Source: an uncultured Atopobium sp.
GTDB lineage: Bacteria; Actinomycetota; Coriobacteriia; Coriobacteriales; Atopobiaceae
NCBI GenBank assembly: GCA_964621975.1
Contig: CAZUOD010000001.1
Coordinates: 1 to 33,247, forward strand
Direction of reading: 5' to 3'
Length of the DNA: 33,247 nucleotides
Numbering within the stretch: the stretch's first letter is position 1; each line of letters starts with the position of its first letter. The notes under the pieces are model-generated. The model saw only the letters and a program-made list of their open reading frames with translations, was not told the origin of the DNA and ran no database searches. Of this stretch, positions 28,815-33,247 are shown one piece after another. The position numbers were made by a program, and so were the translations under genes.

Positions 28815-29939
28815 CTAGCCGAGCAGCTTGTCGAGAACGCCGTTGCCGGCCATCTCGGTCTCTTCCTGGTTGACGGGCTTGCGGAGCAGGAAGTAGAGAA
28901 TGCCAGTGACGAGGGCGCCAGCAAACCAGAAGAGCACGAACTGGAGCGGATTGCTCATCATGCCAACGACGAACACGCCGCCGTGGACGGCCACGGACTC
29001 GACGGCGAAGTAGCCGCAGAGGCCGCCGGAGATGGCACCGCCGATCAGGCAGGGAACGAGGCAGCGCCAGGTGTCCTGCACGAGGAACGGGATGACGTAC
29101 TCCTGGATGTAGCAGCAGGAGAGGACGATTCCGGAGATTGTGGTCGAGCGCTCCTTGTCGGTAAACTTCTTCTTGCCGGTGAAGCGGTCGATGATCTGGG
29201 CGATGCAGACGCCGAGCGGGTTCTGCATGCCACCGCACATCTTGCAGGCAGCGGGGGTGAAGATGCCGTCCGCGTTGAGGCCGTTGGCGACGAGGGCGAC
29301 GGCCTTGCCGATCGGGCCGCCCTGGTCGATGGACATGCCCGCACCGATGGCGGCGCCGAAGATGAAGCCACCAGCGCCCTGAAGGTTGGTGAGCGAGCTG
29401 ACGATCAGCTGGTTGAGCCAGCCAACCGGGATGCCGATGACGTAGAACATGAGCAGCGACGTAATGAGCGTGCCCGCCACCGGAATGAGCAGGATCGGGA
29501 ACACCGAGGAGATGTCCGTCGGAACCTTCTTGGAGAGTTCCTTCAGCCAGTTGACCACGTAGCCGGCGATGATGCCGCCGAGCACGGCGCCGAGGAAGCC
29601 GGCCTGGATCGTGACGGAGATGACGCCCACGGCGAAGCCGGGAGCGAGGCCGGGCTTGTCGGCGAGGGCCCAGGCGATGTAGGCACCGATGATGGGCACG
29701 CAGACGTCGAAGATGGCCGCGCCGATGGCATAGATGGTCATGGCGAGCGTGTACTCAGAGTAGCTGACCGCAGCCATGTCGGCAGCGATGTTGTATCCGC
29801 CCATTGCCTTGGCGATGCCCTCGATGACGCCGCCGCCAACGATGAACGGAATCATGTAGGAGATGCCAGTCAGGACCGCATCCCAGATGACAGCACCCTG
29901 GCTCTTCTTCTTGGCGCCCTTGCGTTGAATCTCAGCCAT
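28815..29939 (-). CDS. PTS fructose-family EIIC component
   Basis: TGISYMIPFIVGGG, ADKPGLAPG, GFLGAVLGGIIAG, DQGGPIGK; multiple transmembrane segments. Confidence 0.9.
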   Translation of the reverse strand: MAEIQRKGAKKKSQGAVIWDAVLTGISYMIPFIVGGGVIEGIAKAMGGYNIAADMAAVSYSEYTLAMTIYAIGAAIFDVCVPIIGAYIAWALADKPGLAPGFAVGVISVTIQAGFLGAVLGGIIAGYVVNWLKELSKKVPTDISSVFPILLIPVAGTLITSLLMFYVIGIPVGWLNQLIVSSLTNLQGAGGFIFGAAIGAGMSIDQGGPIGKAVALVANGLNADGIFTPAACKMCGGMQNPLGVCIAQIIDRFTGKKKFTDKERSTTISGIVLSCCYIQEYVIPFLVQDTWRCLVPCLIGGAISGGLCGYFAVESVAVHGGVFVVGMMSNPLQFVLFWFAGALVTGILYFLLRKPVNQEETEMAGNGVLDKLLG

Positions 29940-30264
29940 CGCTAATAGCCTCCAATACTTCCTGGACGATTTCAGCAGCAGTCTCGACCGTCATGACCTC
30001 TTTGGTCTTGCAGCTGAGCGTGGGGATGGGATCAAAGCGCTCAGGCCTCTTGATCGCGACGTCAGCAGCCACGATGGCCGCATCGGCGCGTGCGAGGTCC
30101 TCCTCAGTGATCTCATTCTCCATGCCCGTGGCGCCCTGCGTCTCGATCTTTGCCTCGCAGCCCGCCTGCTCGATTGCCTTCGTCAGGGACTCGGCCGCCA
30201 TGTAGGTGTGCGCGATGCCGATCATGCATGCGGTGACGCCAACGATGTACTTCCTCTCTGCCAT
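29932..30264 (-). CDS. PTS fructose-family EIIB component
   Basis: GVTACMIGIAHTYMAAE (phospho-Cys), KIETQGA; GAGGAGG RBS before ATG 30264. Confidence 0.92.
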   Translation of the reverse strand: MAERKYIVGVTACMIGIAHTYMAAESLTKAIEQAGCEAKIETQGATGMENEITEEDLARADAAIVAADVAIKRPERFDPIPTLSCKTKEVMTVETAAEIVQEVLEAISDG

Positions 30265-30339
30265 GTGCCCTCCTCTCATTCACTACGAATCGTGCGCGGC
30301 TCCAACACCCTCCGGCCCCTGCTCGGGCTTCTTCTCATG

Positions 30340-30570
30340 TGGAGGGTCAACGTGAGTACACCATATTTCCTTCACACTATTTTGTACGTGAGAGCCCGGT
30401 ATTCAGCCTCAATTCACGTACCTCACATGATTTGTTCTTACTTTTGTTCGTGTTTTCGGCTTTCTTGCTGTACCTGTTCCCTTTTGGTCATAATTTCTTC
30501 ATAATTAAGCGACACGCACGCGCTGAATCGCGTGGTTTGATATGGTTCGCCCGTACGCCAGCGGCATACA
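30340..30570. promoter_or_regulatory. AT-rich divergent promoter/operator region
   Basis: Markedly AT-rich compared with the window; inverted repeat gtacgtga (30384-30391) / tcacgtac (30414-30421); direct repeats tttgttc (30431, 30443) and tcataatt (30488, 30499). Confidence 0.6.
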
Positions 30571-30580
30571 AGGAGGAAAC

Positions 30581-31141
30581 GTGTCCAGGAACTCGGAGTC
30601 GCCCCTCGTCATACGGAACAAAATCCTCCTTCCGGCCATCTACACGTTCATGGGGCTCTGCCTGCTCCTGTCTTCGGTGCTCGTGCTCACCCAGCCGCTC
30701 ACGTACGCCGAGAACCCCCTGCTCCTATTCATCACGCTCGGCGTGGTGGGGTTCCCGGTCTCGGTGGCCATAGTGATCGTCAGCGCACGTGGGGTCGTGA
30801 GGCGCCGAAACGCAATCGTCATCGACGAGCGGGGCATCGCCGACAACACGGGGTTCATGGCCCCCGGCTTCATCCCGTGGGATCAGATAGCCGAGGTCTT
30901 CCTCCTCAAGCTCAAGGACGACACGTATCTCTGCGTCGTCCCCACCGACACCGACGCGTGGCTCGCCTCGCTCAGCTGCGGGAGGCGTCAGCTCGCACAG
31001 GCCAACCTTGACGCGGGCTTCGCCCCCATCCGCATCCAGTTCAAGAAGGTCACGGACCGCCACCGCGCCCAAGACGGGCTCGCTGCGGTAAGGTCATTCC
31101 ATCCCGAAAAGGTAACGCGCGTCCGAAAGCCCAAGTACTAA
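30581..31141 (+). CDS. Membrane protein with two N-terminal TM helices (STM3941-like)
   Basis: AGGAGG RBS before GTG 30581; two hydrophobic helices, then IVIDERGIADN..GFIPWDQI. Confidence 0.6.
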   Translation: MSRNSESPLVIRNKILLPAIYTFMGLCLLLSSVLVLTQPLTYAENPLLLFITLGVVGFPVSVAIVIVSARGVVRRRNAIVIDERGIADNTGFMAPGFIPWDQIAEVFLLKLKDDTYLCVVPTDTDAWLASLSCGRRQLAQANLDAGFAPIRIQFKKVTDRHRAQDGLAAVRSFHPEKVTRVRKPKY

Positions 31142-31176
31142 GGTTTGTCGATAACCCCGAGGAGGCCCCCTCCCCC

Positions 31177-32103
31177 ATGCTTGACGTCATCATCAAGGTG
31201 CTCTCGTTCGTACTGATCATCCTCGTGGGCATTGCCGCCTCCAGAAGCGGCACGCTCGGTGAGGGGGCAGATCGTCTCGTCTCGAAGATAGTGTTCAACC
31301 TCACGCTTCCCGCAGCCATCATCCGCGCCTTCCAGACGGCGGAGTTCGACCCGGCGCTGCTCGGCCTCATAGGCCTCGGGTTTGCCGCGAACGTCATCCC
31401 CTTCTTCCTCTCCCTCGTCGCATACCGCAACTACCCGCAGGACGAGCGCATCGTTCAACAGGCGAACGTGTCCGGGCTCAACATCGGCTGCTTCGGCCTC
31501 GCCTTCGTCCAGGCCTTCTTCCCCGCATCCGGCGTCGTCGCCACCTGCCTGTTCGACGCCGGCAACTCGCTGATGTGCACGGGCGGTGCCTGGGCGCTCA
31601 TGAGGGCCCTGGTCCTGGGGACCGACTACTCCTCCCTGAGGGACCGCCTCAAGGTGTTCGCCCGGACGCTGTTCACGTCCGTTCCCTTCGACTGCTACGT
31701 CGTCCTCGTGGCTATGGGCCTCCTCGGGCTGAGCCTGCCCTCACAGGTGATCACGCTCATCGAGCCTATCGCGAACGCAAATTCCTTCCTGTCGATGTTC
31801 ATGCTCGGCCTTATGATTAGGTTCTCAGTCAACGGAAGGAAAGCGGTCGAGCTCGCACGCATCCTCGGATGGAGGCTCGCCCTCGCCGTCGTCCTCTCGC
31901 TGTCCGCACTGTTCCTCTTGCCCCTTGATGCCGAGGTCCGAACCGTGGTGGCAGTTCTCGCTTGGGCGCCCGCCGCGTCCACCGGGCCGCTCTACACGCT
32001 CTGGGCAGGGGGTGATGAGGGGCTCGCGGGCATGGCAAACGCATTGACCGTCCTCGTGGGGGTCGTGGTCATGACCGCCCTCGTGCTTCTGTTAGGAGCC
32101 TAG
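31177..32103 (+). CDS. AEC (auxin efflux carrier) family transporter
   Basis: IVFNLTLPAAI, NIGCFG, FDAGN, ANSFLSMFMLG; about 10 TM segments; GAGGAGG RBS. Confidence 0.85.
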   Translation: MLDVIIKVLSFVLIILVGIAASRSGTLGEGADRLVSKIVFNLTLPAAIIRAFQTAEFDPALLGLIGLGFAANVIPFFLSLVAYRNYPQDERIVQQANVSGLNIGCFGLAFVQAFFPASGVVATCLFDAGNSLMCTGGAWALMRALVLGTDYSSLRDRLKVFARTLFTSVPFDCYVVLVAMGLLGLSLPSQVITLIEPIANANSFLSMFMLGLMIRFSVNGRKAVELARILGWRLALAVVLSLSALFLLPLDAEVRTVVAVLAWAPAASTGPLYTLWAGGDEGLAGMANALTVLVGVVVMTALVLLLGA

Positions 32104-33108
32104 GTGAGCACTCTTTGCTTCGGCGAGCCCCTGGTGAGGCTCGCGACTCTCTCCCATGAGCGCCTCGACGAGGCGCGCAGCCTCGAGATCTCGTACAGCG
32201 GGGCCGAGGCGGTGGTGGCGATTACCTTGGCGCAACAGGGGGAGAGCGTCTCCTTCGCGTCCAAGCTCTCCGAGAACAGGCTCGGCACGAACGCCCTCAT
32301 GAACCTCTCGCGCTACGGGGTGGACACGTCGCGCGTGATCCGCTCGAACGACCGGATGGGCATCTACTACAGCGAGCAGGGGCTGTCCATCCGACCCACC
32401 GTCGTTACCTACGACCGCTCGGGCACCGCTATGGCAAAGGCCTCCCACACCGACTTCGACTGGGACCACATGCTCAACGGCATCGAGGTGTTCTTCTTCT
32501 CGGGAGTCGTGCCCGCGATCTCCGACGAGATGTGTCTCGCCTGCCTCGAGGGACTCAGGGCCTGCAAGGGCAGAGGGATTCGCACCGTGATGGACCTCAA
32601 CTACCGCGAGACCATGTGGCGGTCGCGCAGGGACGCCCAGGACGCCCTGGGCGAGCTCCTCCCCTACGTTGACCAGCTCATCGCCTCCGAGGACGACGTA
32701 CTGTCCTACACGGGGGCGCAGGTCGACGAGTCGGGCCTGTTCGACCACTGCCTGTCCTGGGCGCACGGAATGATGGCCGACTTCACGCTCGCCTCCACAT
32801 GCTTCGTCGTCCGCCAGATAGACCGCTATGACGTGGCGTCCATTCGCGGGGGGATCGTGACGCGCGACGAGACCTATCTCTCCCGTCTCCAGCAGGTTGC
32901 CGTTGCCGACATCTCGAGCTGCGGGAGCGTCTTTGCTGCGGCGATCGTCCACGGCGAGAACAGCGGGTGGGAGCGTCAGTTCATCGTTGACTACGCCACC
33001 ATGGCGAGCGCCTACAAGGCGACGCTCTACGGGGACTTCTCCTCGGCATCCGAGACGGAGATAGCCTCGCTTCTCGCCACGGGGGCCAAACCCAACATCA
33101 GGCAGTAG
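32104..33108 (+). CDS. PfkB-family sugar kinase (KdgK-like), catalytic motif degenerate
   Basis: CFGE, GAEAVVA, RMGIYY, VTYDR, FFFSG, DLNYR; the C-terminal signature reads DISSCGSVF instead of D..GAGD.F. Confidence 0.8.
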   Translation: MSTLCFGEPLVRLATLSHERLDEARSLEISYSGAEAVVAITLAQQGESVSFASKLSENRLGTNALMNLSRYGVDTSRVIRSNDRMGIYYSEQGLSIRPTVVTYDRSGTAMAKASHTDFDWDHMLNGIEVFFFSGVVPAISDEMCLACLEGLRACKGRGIRTVMDLNYRETMWRSRRDAQDALGELLPYVDQLIASEDDVLSYTGAQVDESGLFDHCLSWAHGMMADFTLASTCFVVRQIDRYDVASIRGGIVTRDETYLSRLQQVAVADISSCGSVFAAAIVHGENSGWERQFIVDYATMASAYKATLYGDFSSASETEIASLLATGAKPNIRQ

Positions 33109-33194
33109 GCGCCACGGCTGGCGACGGCGCCCTCGCCGTCCAGTCGCCGGCGCCTCCGCAGGTGGCGAGAGGCCCGAGGGCGCGTCGTCGCCGC

Positions 33195-33247
33195 TCAGGC
33201 GCCCGGAGGCTCGAGCCCCAGGTGCTCGAAGGCGGCCGGCGTGGCCT
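33195..33247 (-). CDS. ruvB: 3' end of a gene entering from the right edge, probably Holliday junction helicase RuvB
   Basis: Translation ...ATPAAFEHLGLEPPGA* resembles the RuvB C-terminus; only 16 sense codons are visible. Confidence 0.5.
   Translation of the reverse strand, partial: ATPAAFEHLGLEPPGA

Noticed and set aside
30208-30773. Small ORFs 30208-30504 and 30339-30773
   Set aside because: They span the AT-rich promoter region and overlap real genes, with no RBS or motif support.

Overview
High-GC actinobacterial window; gene set and signals suggest Coriobacteriia, which is an inference. From left to right it holds the 5' end of alaS, a minus-strand run (SigB/F-type sigma factor, RsbW-like anti-sigma, DUF948, rarA, dGTPase-like HD protein, degenerate ATP-grasp-like protein, SGNH-GNAT fusion, metallophosphoesterase, vsr, Zn-PLC-like protein), an MFS transporter, argCJBD and a DJ-1/PfpI gene. 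An ~11 kb fructose-family PTS / class II aldolase / glycerate kinase / CoA-dependent oxidation cluster follows, then a divergent three-gene unit ending in an apparently catalytically degenerate PfkB kinase, then the probable 3' end of ruvB. The most striking unexplained structure lies between the MFS gene and argD (about 11966-13535). It is a gene for an AbiEi-like plus Vsr/DUF559-like (PD-(D/E)XK) protein, frameshifted at a G6 tract, bracketed on each side by two hairpin units of identical geometry: 15-bp arm, 16-nt variable loop, 15-bp arm, 26-nt variable linker, 72-nt period. All product calls come from motif recognition by eye, not from database searches.
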